A stretch of 53,507 bases of DNA from Octopus bimaculoides (taxonomy: Eukaryota): assembly GCF_001194135.2 (NCBI RefSeq), contig NC_069004.1:23588749-23642255 (forward strand), written 5' to 3'. Position numbers and translations under genes: made by a program. Positions 10,916 through 21,515 of the stretch are shown here, one piece after another; the stretch's first letter is position 1, and each line of letters begins with the position of its first letter. The notes beneath the pieces are model-generated. The model saw only the letters and a program-made list of their open reading frames with translations, did not search any database and had not been told where the DNA came from.

Positions 10916-11944
10916 GCTTCTTCTTTGCCATTTCTTGGGTAAATTCATCAGTCAAAGAAGCACTGTCATTTGTGACTCACTCTGCCCATTCTTTCTTTAT
11001 TATAATGTGGTTTAAACCAAGTTACTTGTTTTATTCTACAGCACTAGCAAATAATTGTTGTTGTTGTTCATGTTTTTTTTACCCCATTCAGATTAATGTT
11101 TCCAACACTTTTGTGCACGTGTGTGTGTGTGTGTGTGTGTGTGTTTAGTCATGCAATTGTAAAGTGTCTAAGCTTGGAGATTTGATTGAGGGAAGGTGGG
11201 TTCTTTGTGTTTGAAGATAATTTGTGAGGCTGTTTCTTTACACTACTACTACTGCTACTACTACTACTACAAGCTCTTCTTTTCACTTTTTCAGACGGTT
11301 ATTCTGCAACATCTGTAAACATTGCAAATGGTTATTTGTCCAAAAAAAAAAAAAAAAAATCAAAATAAAGTTTATCAGTTTAAAATAGTCGAAAACAAAC
11401 CTCTTTTACTCTACTCCAGGTAACTGGGTGGGGGGTGGGACAGGAGTACATTTTTTTAATGTTCCAAGACCTCTTGGTGGTAAAAATCCACCCCCACCCA
11501 CCGCCCCACAACTTTTTTTGTTTGTTTGTTTGTTTTTAGAACATATTCCAAAAAGAAAACATCTTGTACTTGTAGAACTCTGTGAAACGTGACTGCTTAC
11601 AATGAACAACAACAACAGCAACAACAACAATTAGAATTATAAATAATAATAGCTACAGCACTGGCAATGATAATTGCTTCTTTATTTGCCACAAGGGCAA
11701 TGCATGAGCAAGGAGGAGGAGGTGGAGGAGGACATTTCAATTATTATTGTAATTATAATGATATTAATAATTGCAACTGGCAGCGACAAAAGTATAACAA
11801 GAATAACAAAAGCGCCCAGTAATAACTGTGCCTCCCACCATTGACTGGAGAGGTTACAACACTTATGAGTCTTCTACCCTCCCCTTTTCCATTCCCTACA
11901 GCTGATTGTAAAGTCTACTACCACCACCCATTAATTTTTGAACA

Positions 11945-11985
<41 letters not shown>

Positions 11986-12019
11986 CACTACTACTACTAC
12001 TAATAATAATAATAATAGG

Positions 12020-12486
12020 CACCTGTACCAGTGGAGCACTAGGAGCACTGTCTGAGAGTGATCGTTGCCAGAGCAGCTGTCTGGCTTCCATTTATGTGCC
12101 ACCGGCATGGAAGCTGGTGGCACGTAAATAGCACCATTTGAGCGTGATCGTTACCAACGTCGCCTTCCCGGCACTCGTGCTGGTGGCACGTGAAAAGACA
12201 TTTGAGCGAGATCGTTGCCAGTGCTGCTGGACTGGCTCCTGTGCAGGTGGCACATAAAATACACCATTTCAAGCGTGGCAGTGGCCAGTACCACCTGACT
12301 GGCCTTCATGCCGGTGGCATGTAAAAGCACCCATTACACTCTCAGAGTGGTTGGCATTAGGAAGGGCATCCAGCTGTAGAAACTCTGCCAAATCAGATCG
12401 GAGCCTGGTGTAGCCATCTGGTTCACCAGTCCTCAGTCAAATCGTCCAACCCATGCTAGCATGGAAAGCGGATGTTAAACGATGAA
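12020..12486 (+). mobile_element. SINE family C with internal ~65-bp tandem units
   Basis: GGTGGCA(C/T)(G/A)T motif starts at 12116, 12182, 12246 and 12313; 3' tail GGAAGGGCATCCAGCTGTAGAAAC...CATGCTAGCATGGAAAGCGGATGTTAAACGATG. Confidence 0.85.
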
Positions 12487-12500
12487 TAATAATAATAATA

Positions 12501-12707
12501 ATGGTTTCAAATTTTGGCACAAGGCCAGCAAGATCAGGGAAAGGAGTAAGTTGATTACATCACTGACAGAGCTTGACTGGTACTTAATTTATTGACCCTG
12601 AAAGGCAAAGTTCACCTTGGCAGAATTTGAACTCAGAAGAAAGACAGATGAAATGCCGCTAAGCATTTTACCTGACGTGCTACTGATTCTGCCAGCTCAT
12701 CCTCTGA

Positions 12708-12751
<44 letters not shown>

Positions 12752-13819
12752 CCTTTCTACTAAAGGCATAAGACCTAAAATTTGGCAAGAGGGGACTAGT
12801 CAATTACATTGACCCCAGTGTTTCACTGGTACTTATCGACCTTGAAAGGATGAAAGGCAAAGGTGGAATTTGAACACAGAACACAGAACATAGTGGCAGA
12901 CAAAACCTTGCTAAGCATTTCACCTGGCATGCTGACGATTCTGCCAGCTCACCACCTTAGTAAAGTAATAATGATAATGATTATAATAATAATAATAATA
13001 ATGATAATAATGATAAATAAAAAACTTTCAAAATACAAAGACCTAGAAATAGAGTTAACTCGAATGTGGAATCTAAAAACAGAAACAATTCCTATCATAG
13101 TAGGTGCCTTAGGTATAATAAAAAAATATTCAGACAAATACATAACAAAAACACCAGGACTTACAAATATATATAACATACAGAAAATTGCACTACTGGG
13201 CACTGCACACATCCTACGCAAAACACTTTCAATACAGTAAACATAAGAGCACCACAGCAAACCACAGCACATACCCAAGGCGCACAGAGCTGCGCTCGGT
13301 AGAAGTGAAAGCACGTTATAAAAATATAAAAATAAAACTACTGAACAATAATAATAATAATAATAATAATAATGGTTTCAAATTTTGGCACAAGGCCAGC
13401 TGGTTTTGGTGGAGGGGAAATGTTAATTACATCAACCCCAGTATTCAACTGGTACTTATTCTGTTGATCCTAGAAGGATGAAAAACAAAGTCAACCTCAG
13501 CAGAATTTGAACTCAGAATGTAAAGACGGATGAAATGCCTCTAAGCATTTTGCCTGACATGCTAATGACTCTGCCATCTCGCTGCCATAATAACAATAAT
13601 AATAATCCTTTCTACTAAAGGCACAAGGACTGAAATGTGTGTGGAGGGAACTAGTTGATTACATCGACCCCAGTGGTTCACTGGTACTTGATTTATCAAC
13701 CTGGAAAGGATGAAAGGCAAAGTTGGCCTTGGCGGAATTTGAACTCAGAACCTAGCAACAGACGAAATGCTGCTGAGCATTTCACCCAGTGTGCAAACAA
13801 TTCTGCTAGCTTGCTGGCA
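12501..13819 (-). mobile_element. Second cluster of four SINE family B copies (12501-12710, 12751-12959, 13373-13588, 13606-13819) in an (AAT)n array
   Basis: Same core as 4688-6494; tails alternate between the GGTTTCAAATTTTGGCACAAGGCC type and the TCCTTTCTACTAAAGGCA type (plus-strand view). Confidence 0.9.
13016..13346 (+). mobile_element. 5'-truncated R4/Dong-like non-LTR retrotransposon (restriction-like endonuclease C-terminus + 3' UTR + (AAT)n tail)
   Basis: KLSKYKDLEIELTRMWNLKTETIPIIVGALGIIKK...IQKIALLGTAHILRKTLSIQ* (stop at 13240) is the typical RLE-LINE C-terminus (KY.DL..E...W ... P..GALG ... QK.ALLG...ILR). Both ends abut AAT repeats. Confidence 0.85.
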
Positions 13820-14299
13820 TAATAATAATAATAATAATAATAATATTAATGATAATAGGGATTTCTTTATTAACCACAAGGGTTTACATTAAGATAAACG
13901 TTATGGACAGTACAGGATAAAACAAAGAATGTGTGTGTGTATGTGTGTGAGTGTGTGTTGTGAGGGGTTTTGCGTGTAAACAAGATTAACATAATTTTAA
14001 AAAAATATAACAGCAACAACAATACCAATAACCGTAGCCATTTTTTCAATGACCAGAACAGCAACAACAACAACAACAGCTGTAGCAACAGCAATAATTG
14101 TAAAAGTTCTCAAAGATTTTGTATAACCGAAGATTCTGTCAAATAGAACCATTAAAAATTGGTTTCTTTTCATCATTTTTAGGTCATCTAATTCATCTCG
14201 TGGTTCCATTTGTTACAGTTGTTGTTGTTGTTGTTATCATGTTAATTTTATCAATTTCACTTCTGTCTTTCCTTTCTCTCCTTTTTTAGATATGTGTGA

Positions 14300-14333
<34 letters not shown>

Positions 14334-14651
14334 ATGTTCGTGAGTGTGATAGTGTGCACGTGATTGTGTGTGGTGGGATTTTTGTATTAAAATAAAATTG
14401 CTCAAATAGATTAAATTTTGCATCTTCTCATCTTTCTGTTTCCTCCTCTTCCTCCTCCTCTAATGCTTTTCCTGTGTTCTTCCATTTGTACTTTAAATCC
14501 AACATCATTTACCCATTTCTCCGTCTTTCTATCCACCTGTCTACCTGCCTTTCACCTATTAGCCACACTCTCTGCCTGTGCAGCTGTTCTATCTATCAAA
14601 CCACTCTGTCTGTTTGTCTGCTTATCTATGTGTCTATTCTTACATGCAGTT

Positions 14652-15060
14652 GCAGGAGTGGCTGTGTGGTAAGAAGTTTGCTTACCAACCACATGGTTCC
14701 CAGTTCAGTTCCACTGTGTGGTACCTTGGGCAAGTGTCTTTCACTAAAGCCCTGGGCCAACCAAGGTCTTGTGAGTGGATTTAGTAGGTGGAAACTGAAA
14801 GAAGCCCATTGTATTGTGTATATATATATCTATACGCATACACATTTGTGCATGTGTGTTTGTCCCCCCGCCACTGCCTGACAACCAGTGTTGGTTTGTT
14901 TGCATCCTCATGACTTGGTGGTTTGGCAAGGAAGGCCAATAGAATGAGTACCAGGCTTTAAAAAAAGGTCCTGGGGTTGATTCATTCAACTAAATGTTCT
15001 TCAAGGTGGTGCTCCAGCATGGCTACAGTCTGTTGACTGAAACAAGTAAAAGTTAAAAGA
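14652..15060 (+). mobile_element. SINE family A, near-full copy
   Basis: Head GCAGGAGTGGCTGTGTGGTAAG through tail GACTGAAACAAGTAAAAG. Confidence 0.9.
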
Positions 15061-15088
15061 TAGAAATACCTGCATATGTACTTACATG

Positions 15089-15127
<39 letters not shown>

Positions 15128-15294
15128 TAACATAAATAGCTAAGTGCAATGTGGTACCATAAAGGAAAAATTTAAATCATCACTAAGTGTGCTAACACGC
15201 TTACATTGCTAGAAATAAGAGTTAAAAAACTTTTAATGTTGTAGGAAGAGCATGTGTGTATATATATATTCATATATACAAATATATATACATA

Positions 15295-15507
15295 GATCCA
15301 CGAATAGCAAAATGTCAGAATGATTCTTTACTCAAGCACCCTCCTCTACAATTCATCTGACAGTTAATATTTGACCATCTGTCAAGTTGTTGTGTGATTC
15401 GTTCTGAATCCATTCTGGTCTCTGTGAGGAATTTTCTTGAACTCTGGTTTGATACAGATGTGTATCTTTATGTTAGAGATCCTAGCTGCAATAACTGTTA
15501 ATGTAAC
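15295..15507 (-). mobile_element. LINE RT remnant (RTE-X-like), N-terminal RT part
   Basis: Across frameshifts: ITLTVIAARISN, IKPEFKKIPHRDQNGFRTNHTT, GQILTVR*IVEEG, ILLFVD, matching YRGITL...QNGFR...QILT.RRI.E...FVDF. Confidence 0.8.
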
Positions 15508-16004
15508 AACCCAATAATCCTGCACTAAGCCTAAATCAGTCACCACAGATTAATGTGGCAGTCTGGCAGAATTGTTAGCACACTGGACAAAATGCTTAGT
15601 GGTATTTCTTCCAACTTCACATTCTGAGTTCAAATTCTATAAAGGTGGACTTTGCTTTTCATAGTCAGTTTGTGGTTTGTGCTAGTCTCTACAAAGTTAG
15701 CCTAGGTGGCATTTGAGCTCAGAATGTAAAATTGGGAGAAACACCACTGAGCATTCTGTTTGGCATGCTAACAATTCTGCCAGCTCACCACCTTAATCTG
15801 AAGAAATATTGGTTTCAAATTTTTGCACAGGCCCAGTAATTTGGGGCAGGGGTCAGTCAATTACATCGACCTCAGTGCTCAACTGGTACTTATTTTATTG
15901 ACCACCAAAAGTACGAAAGGCTAAGTCAAACTTGTCAGCCATTTGAATGTCACTAAGCAGTTTGTCCACCATGCCAACAATCCTGCCAACTTGCCACAAA
16001 AATC

Positions 16005-16215
16005 TCCCAAGAAATGTTAGACAAAATGATGATGTTCTGTAAAAACATGTGAAATAAGGCATGTTCTCCGGACAGGAATTTTTGGTGTTGTTGCCGTTGT
16101 TTTACAAGGAGACACCTTATCACCCTTTTGCATTCATATTCCGTCTTCATTATGTCCTCTGTTCATTTCAGTAGATTTTAGGGAGAAACATGGCTTTACT
16201 CTTTCATATTCAGAA
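16005..16215 (+). mobile_element. LINE RT remnant (RTE-X-like), QGD region
   Basis: SQEMLDKMMMFCKNM..CSPD..VLQGDTLSPF..ISVD..EKHGFTL, matching IMMLYKNT...SPDG...GVLQGDTLAP.LF. Confidence 0.75.
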
Positions 16216-16294
16216 ATTTCCAGCTTCTTTAACCTGCTACAGATTAGCCCTAGTGTCACATGATTGCAAGAGTCGGTGCACTACATCATAGTCT

Positions 16295-16352
<58 letters not shown>

Positions 16353-16366
16353 AATTGGTACAGATA

Positions 16367-16675
16367 AAGGGTAAAGGGTAAAGACCTTCTTTAGTTATGG
16401 ATGACCATGGGATTGCACCTAGAATGTTACCCTCCGAGGCACAAGTCCAGGCAAGGTTGTTTATGGAAGACCAGTGGTCACGCATGCATACCAGTCTCCC
16501 CTCTCCATGCCACCGATGTCATCCAAGGGAAAGGCAAAGGGGCCAATACAGCTTGGCATCAGTGACATCGCAACTCATTTCTACAGCTGAGTGAACCTAG
16601 AGATGCATGTGCTCAAGAACACAACACACAGCCCAGTCTGGGAATCGAACTCACTACCTCATGATTGTGAGCCCC
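16367..16675 (-). mobile_element. SINE family D
   Basis: B-box-like GAGTTCGATTCC in the head and (TTTACC)n tail; homologous to 3664-3895 and 49023-49335. Confidence 0.8.
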
Positions 16676-17039
16676 TAGAGATAGTAGAGAAAGTAGTTAA
16701 AATCATAATAAAACTAATAAATTCTGAAGGTAGAAATTCTGTTACGTTTTTAGTTATTAAATAAGTAAATAAAAATAAAAATAAATAACAAGCTGGACAG
16801 ACCATGGTAAATGATGATGATGATGATGGTGATATTGATGATGATGATGATGATGATGATGGCGGTGGTGATGATGATCCTTTCAACTATAGGCACATGG
16901 CCTGAAATTTTAGTTGGGAAAGGGCTAGTTGATTACATTGACCCCAATGTTCAGCTGGTAACTATTTCATCGACTAAGTTGTTTGACAGCTTACACAATA
17001 TAAAAACTAAGAGACACTAACACACACACACACACACAA

Positions 17040-17195
17040 TGGGCTTCTTTCAGTTTCTGCTTACAAAATTCATTCACAAGGCTTTGGTTGGTTGGTTGGT
17101 CTATATAGTAGAAGACCCTTGCCCTGTGTGTCATGCAGTGGGACTGAACCTGAAACCATGTGGTTGGTGAGCAATCTCCTCAACCACACAGCCAT
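17040..17195 (-). mobile_element. SINE family A 5' half
   Basis: Reverse complement of the family A head and body. Confidence 0.8.
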
Positions 17196-17761
17196 GTCTA
17201 CTCCTATATCATCATCACCATTTAATGACTGTTTCCCATGCAGGCATGAATCGGATAGTTTTACAGGAGCTGCCAAGCAGGAGAGCTGCACCAGGCTCCA
17301 GTAATCTGCTTTCACTTGGTTTCTCTACAATTGGATGTCATTCATAATGCCAACCACTTTACAGAGTGTACTGGGTGCTTTTTAAGTGGTACTGGCACAG
17401 ATGCTTTAACATGACACTGACATGGCACTAGTGTAGTTGCTTTCTACGTGGCACTGGCACCAGTGCCTTTTATGCAGCACCTGCACAGGTGCTTTTTACA
17501 TGGAATGCATTACCAGTTTTCCCTACATAAGTGAAATGTCCAGTTTGTTTATGTATTTATTAATTTAGTTGTGAATGATTGACTGCAGCGGTTATGATGT
17601 AATATGCATCACTTAATGGACATGACTAAATCATCGTTCTTACCCCTGTCTGCATATTTGATTATTTGATTTGTCACCTGCACATCATTGAAAGAATTGT
17701 AAATTTTTACAAATGCATGTTAGCCCAGCTCCTCTATTCTCCACTCAGTATATATATATAT

Positions 17762-18146
17762 AGGTGCAGGAGTGGCTGCGTGGTAAGTAACTTGCTTACC
17801 AACCACATGGTTCCGGGTTCAGTCCCACTGTGTGGCACCTTGGGCAAGTGTCTTCTACTATAGCCTCGGGCTGACCAAAGCCTTGTGAGTAGATTTGGTA
17901 GACGGAAACTGAAAGAAGCCCGTCGTATATATGTGTGTGTGTGTTTGTGTGTCTGTGTTTGTTCCCCCCAACATCACTTGACAATCGATGCTGGTGTGTT
18001 TACGTCCCCGTAACTTAGTGGTTCGGCAAAAGAGACTGATAGAATAAGTACTAGGGTTACAAAGAATAAGTCCTGGGGTTGATTTGCTCGATTAAGGCGG
18101 TGCTCCAGCATGGCCACAGTCAAATGACTGAAACAAGTAAAAGAGA
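17762..18146 (+). mobile_element. SINE family A, full copy
   Basis: AGGTGCAGGAGTGGCTGCGTGGTAAG...GACTGAAACAAGTAAAAGAG with CpGs largely retained. Confidence 0.92.
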
Positions 18147-18154
18147 ATATATAG

Positions 18155-18440
18155 TGAGGGTGCATGGTTTAGTGGTTAGGGTGTTCGACTCACGGTCACT
18201 AGATTGTGGTTTCAATTCCTAGACTGGGTGGTGCATTGTGATTTTGAGCAAACCACTTCATCTCATGTTGACTGTGATCACTTCGACACCTGATGCGTGG
18301 CACACTGTGCACCTATTCAGACAATGTTAATTTGATGGAGAGAGTGATCTGATGTGTGGCACAAACATTTGACCACTGTAAACAAAGCGTTTGTGGAGGT
18401 CATTTGGTAGAAGCTGAATGCTCACACGTCGTCTTCGATG
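18155..18440 (+). mobile_element. tRNA-headed SINE family E
   Basis: A-box TGGTTTAGTGG and B-box GGTTTCAATTCC; body homologous to 36500-36790; related heads at 21600-21790 (-) and 34510-34840. Confidence 0.7.
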
Positions 18441-18515
18441 GGAGAGTCCATCATATAAGTGTGTGTGTGTATATACGCACACACACATATATATACTCAC
18501 ACACACATATATATA

Positions 18516-18548
<33 letters not shown>

Positions 18549-19025
18549 ATGTATGTATCTATATGTACTATATATGTCTGTATGTGCATTTATGTATGTA
18601 TACATGTATGTCGATATATAGTGCCTGTATACATGTGTTTCTAAGTATACACACACATACATGCACACAACCTAAATATATATATATATACATATATATA
18701 CACATTTGTTATATTTGCCATGAGTCCACTCACACATTAATCCTAATTAATATTCACACTCCTCTCCACCCGGACCATCCAGCCCCAACGCAACCACACA
18801 CTTGAAATTAAAAAAAAAAAGAACAAAATGAAACGAAACACGACAATCCTTTTAATCAGAAACGGTTAAACGAAATATAAAGTTAACTCAGGCTGGAAAC
18901 ATTAAAATAAAAAAGAAAAAAATTAAAACAAAAATTATGAAATCAAAAAAAAAATAAAAACTGAAAACTTCCCAAATTGCAAGTTTTAACGATATTTTCA
19001 ATTCAGCTTTTTTTTTTCTGTTTCC

Positions 19026-19075
<50 letters not shown>

Positions 19076-19454
19076 TTTGATCAGCATCATTTTTATTATT
19101 ATTTTTATTACAATTATTCGTTTATATATTTATTCATTATTCCTCTTGAGTTCATTAAGAGAAATTAATTAAAATTAAAATTAATAAATTAGACAACTGA
19201 CATTAAATTAAAACAATGGAACGACAACGAAACCAACAAAAAACAACTCTGCAACAAGTTGTAAAATACAGTGATAATAGTAACAACAACAAGTAGAGCA
19301 ATAATAACAGCAACACCAATAATAATCATTGTTTCTATTTTTGGCACAAGGCCAGCAATCTGTGCAAAGCATTGGAACAAATCCTGGAAGGCATTTTTTT
19401 TTCCCCAGCAGTTTTCTGATTCTTGCCTACCATCCTATGTCAAATGTATTGCTT

Positions 19455-19632
19455 ATTTATTCACATTGTTTTCAATTAATCATGCATTTATCTTGTAGCT
19501 ATGAGATTTCAGTGATGTGGTTGTTTATTTATAGAACAATATTGTTTGGTAGATGTGTGAGAAGAGGCTTGATCTTGCCAATTTGAACAGAAAACAGGTG
19601 GAATATTTGGGCAAGATCTGACTGATTTCAAT
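19455..19632 (-). mobile_element. piggyBac-type MITE family (internal part)
   Basis: Homologous to 31790-32011 and to the split copy 35637-36170. Confidence 0.6.
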
Positions 19633-19709
19633 ATACATTCATGCTGCTTCCCAACCACTTGGTTCCGAGTTCAGTCCCACTGTGTGGAACCTTGGCCAAG
19701 TGTCTTCTG

Positions 19710-20190
19710 TTGGGCCATCCCATAAATAATATGGTTTTTTAATACTTCTTTTATTTTCCAAAATTAAGATAAACAGAGTTCTTTTTCAATCTAAAATATA
19801 TTCTTCTTCATATACTTCAATGCTCTTCCATCTATCTGGTAGACTTACAAAGTCCCTCTTCCAAAATTCATTTGTCTGTGACGAAAAATACTCTTCCACT
19901 ACTGTTCTGACCTTTTCTACAGAATTCATATTTTTTCCGTCCAAATGATTTTGAAGACTGCGGAATAAATAATAATCAGAAGGGGCAATGTCCAGTGAAT
20001 ATGGTGGGCGGGGCATCGTTTCCCATTTAAACTGCTCCAGCCTTTGAAATGTCATCCTAACTGTCTGTGGCCAAGCATTTTCCTGATGGAAGAACACCTT
20101 TCGTCTTGAAACCAAAGATGGTCATTTTTCTTCTAGCACTGACTTAAGCCACTCAAGCTTCTTGCAGTAGATTTCCTTTGTTATCATTTT
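19710..20190 (-). mobile_element. mariner transposon 3' part (transposase C-terminus + TIR)
   Basis: ITKEIYCKKLEWLKSVLEEK*PSLVSRRKVFFHQENAWPQT...PYSLDIAPSDYYLFRSLQNHL...LPDRWK. Contains degenerate HDNA and YSPDLAPSD motifs; TIR TTGGGCCATCCCATAAATAATATGGTTTTT at 19710, which truncates a SINE A. Confidence 0.92.
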
Positions 20191-20320
20191 TGTCACGTGA
20201 TCTAAGGCCTATTTAGCTGTTATTTTTAGCACATCTCATGTCCACTCGAGACCCTTCTTGTTTATTTGCCGCTGACATATTCATACTTTTCAATATCTTT
20301 CTCCCCATAAACACATTTAA

Positions 20321-20462
20321 TACATTATTTACATTTGACGGATATTTGTCCTAATTTTGTTTGTTGTTAACACAACGTTTAGGCTGATATTCCCTCCAGC
20401 CTTCATCAGGTGTCCTGCAGGAATTTCGAACCTGAGTTCTCATTCTTAAGGTATTTTTCCGA

Positions 20463-20513
<51 letters not shown>

Positions 20514-20595
20514 CATTATTCAGGTCACTGCCTGGAATCGAACTCGGAATCTTGGGGTTAGTAGCCCACGCTCTTAACCACTACATCATATACCA
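20321..20595 (-). mobile_element. tRNA-headed SINE with (AAT)n spacer and hammerhead-bearing tail (family H), left copy
   Basis: Sense: TGGTATATGATGTAGTGGTTAAGAGCGTGGGCTACTAACCCCAAGATTCCGAGTTCGATTCCAGGCAGTGACCTG-(AAT)n-...GACAC-CTGATGA-AGGCTG-GAGGGAATAT-CAGCC-TAAAC-GTT-GTGTT. Confidence 0.85.
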
Positions 20596-20613
20596 GTGGG
20601 CCTATGGCCCACA

Positions 20614-20666
20614 GGCTACTAACCCCAAGATTCCGAGTTTGATTCCAGGCAGTGACCTGAAAAATG

Positions 20667-20699
<33 letters not shown>

Positions 20700-20873
20700 T
20701 CAGAAAAATACCTTAGGAATGAGAACCCAGGTTAGAAATCCCCCCAAGACACCTGATGAAGGCTGAAGAGTACATCAACCAGAATATTGTGTTAACAACA
20801 AACAAGATGAGGACAAATATCCGTCAAATGTAAATAATGTACATAATTCCTCATCTCTCAAATATAGAACTGT
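20614..20873 (+). mobile_element. SINE family H, right copy (head-to-head with left copy)
   Basis: Inverted homolog of 20321-20595 with a 5'-clipped head; GACACCTGATGAAGGCTG at 20748 with a decayed GAAA box. Confidence 0.85.
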
Positions 20874-21104
20874 ACACATTTAATAATTCATTGCTGGGAT
20901 TTAAGCAAAGAATTCAAATTGTCCATATTTTGAAACAAATTTTTTTTTCAAAGTCACACAAATACACAAACATTTTCTGAAAATTCTAAAGAAATAAAGA
21001 CGTTATGAGGGGTTATATGGGGTGCTTAAAGCAGAACCCCATAACTGATGGTTTTAAGGTACATAATGCATGAAACAAATGAGCAAAGACTACTGTTAGT
21101 GCCT

Positions 21105-21515
21105 AACAGGCATGTCTGTGTGGTAAGAAGCTTGCTTCACAACCACAAAGCTTTGGGTTCAGTCACACTGCATGGTATTTCGGGCAAAGGTCTTTTACTA
21201 TATCTTTGGGCTGATCAAAGCCTTGTGAGTGGATTTGGTAGACGGAAACTGAAAGAAGCCCATTGTATGTGTATATCGATGTTTGTGTGTCTTTGTGCCT
21301 GTTTCTCCCTTCCCCCCATATGCTTGACAACCAGTGTTGGTTTGTTTATGTTCCTGTAACTTAGCAGTTTGGCAATAAGAGACTGATAGAATAAGTACGA
21401 GGCTTAAGAAAGAAAACTAAGAAAGGGGGTTGATTCATTTGACTAAAAGTTCTTCATGGCAGTGCCCTAGCATGGCCGCAGTCTAATGACTGAAATGAAT
21501 AAAAGATAAAATAAA
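21105..21515 (+). mobile_element. SINE family A
   Basis: Family A head, body and tail. Confidence 0.85.

Noticed and set aside
12100-12330. Regularly spaced GGTGGCAC motifs (64-67 bp period) resembling a CRISPR array
   Set aside because: The intervening sequences are homologous to each other, the unit is part of SINE family C, the context is eukaryotic and there are no cas genes.
14100-14290. Acceptor-like sites and hydrophobic frames on both strands
   Set aside because: Low-complexity GTT/CT sequence; no donor or recognisable protein motif.
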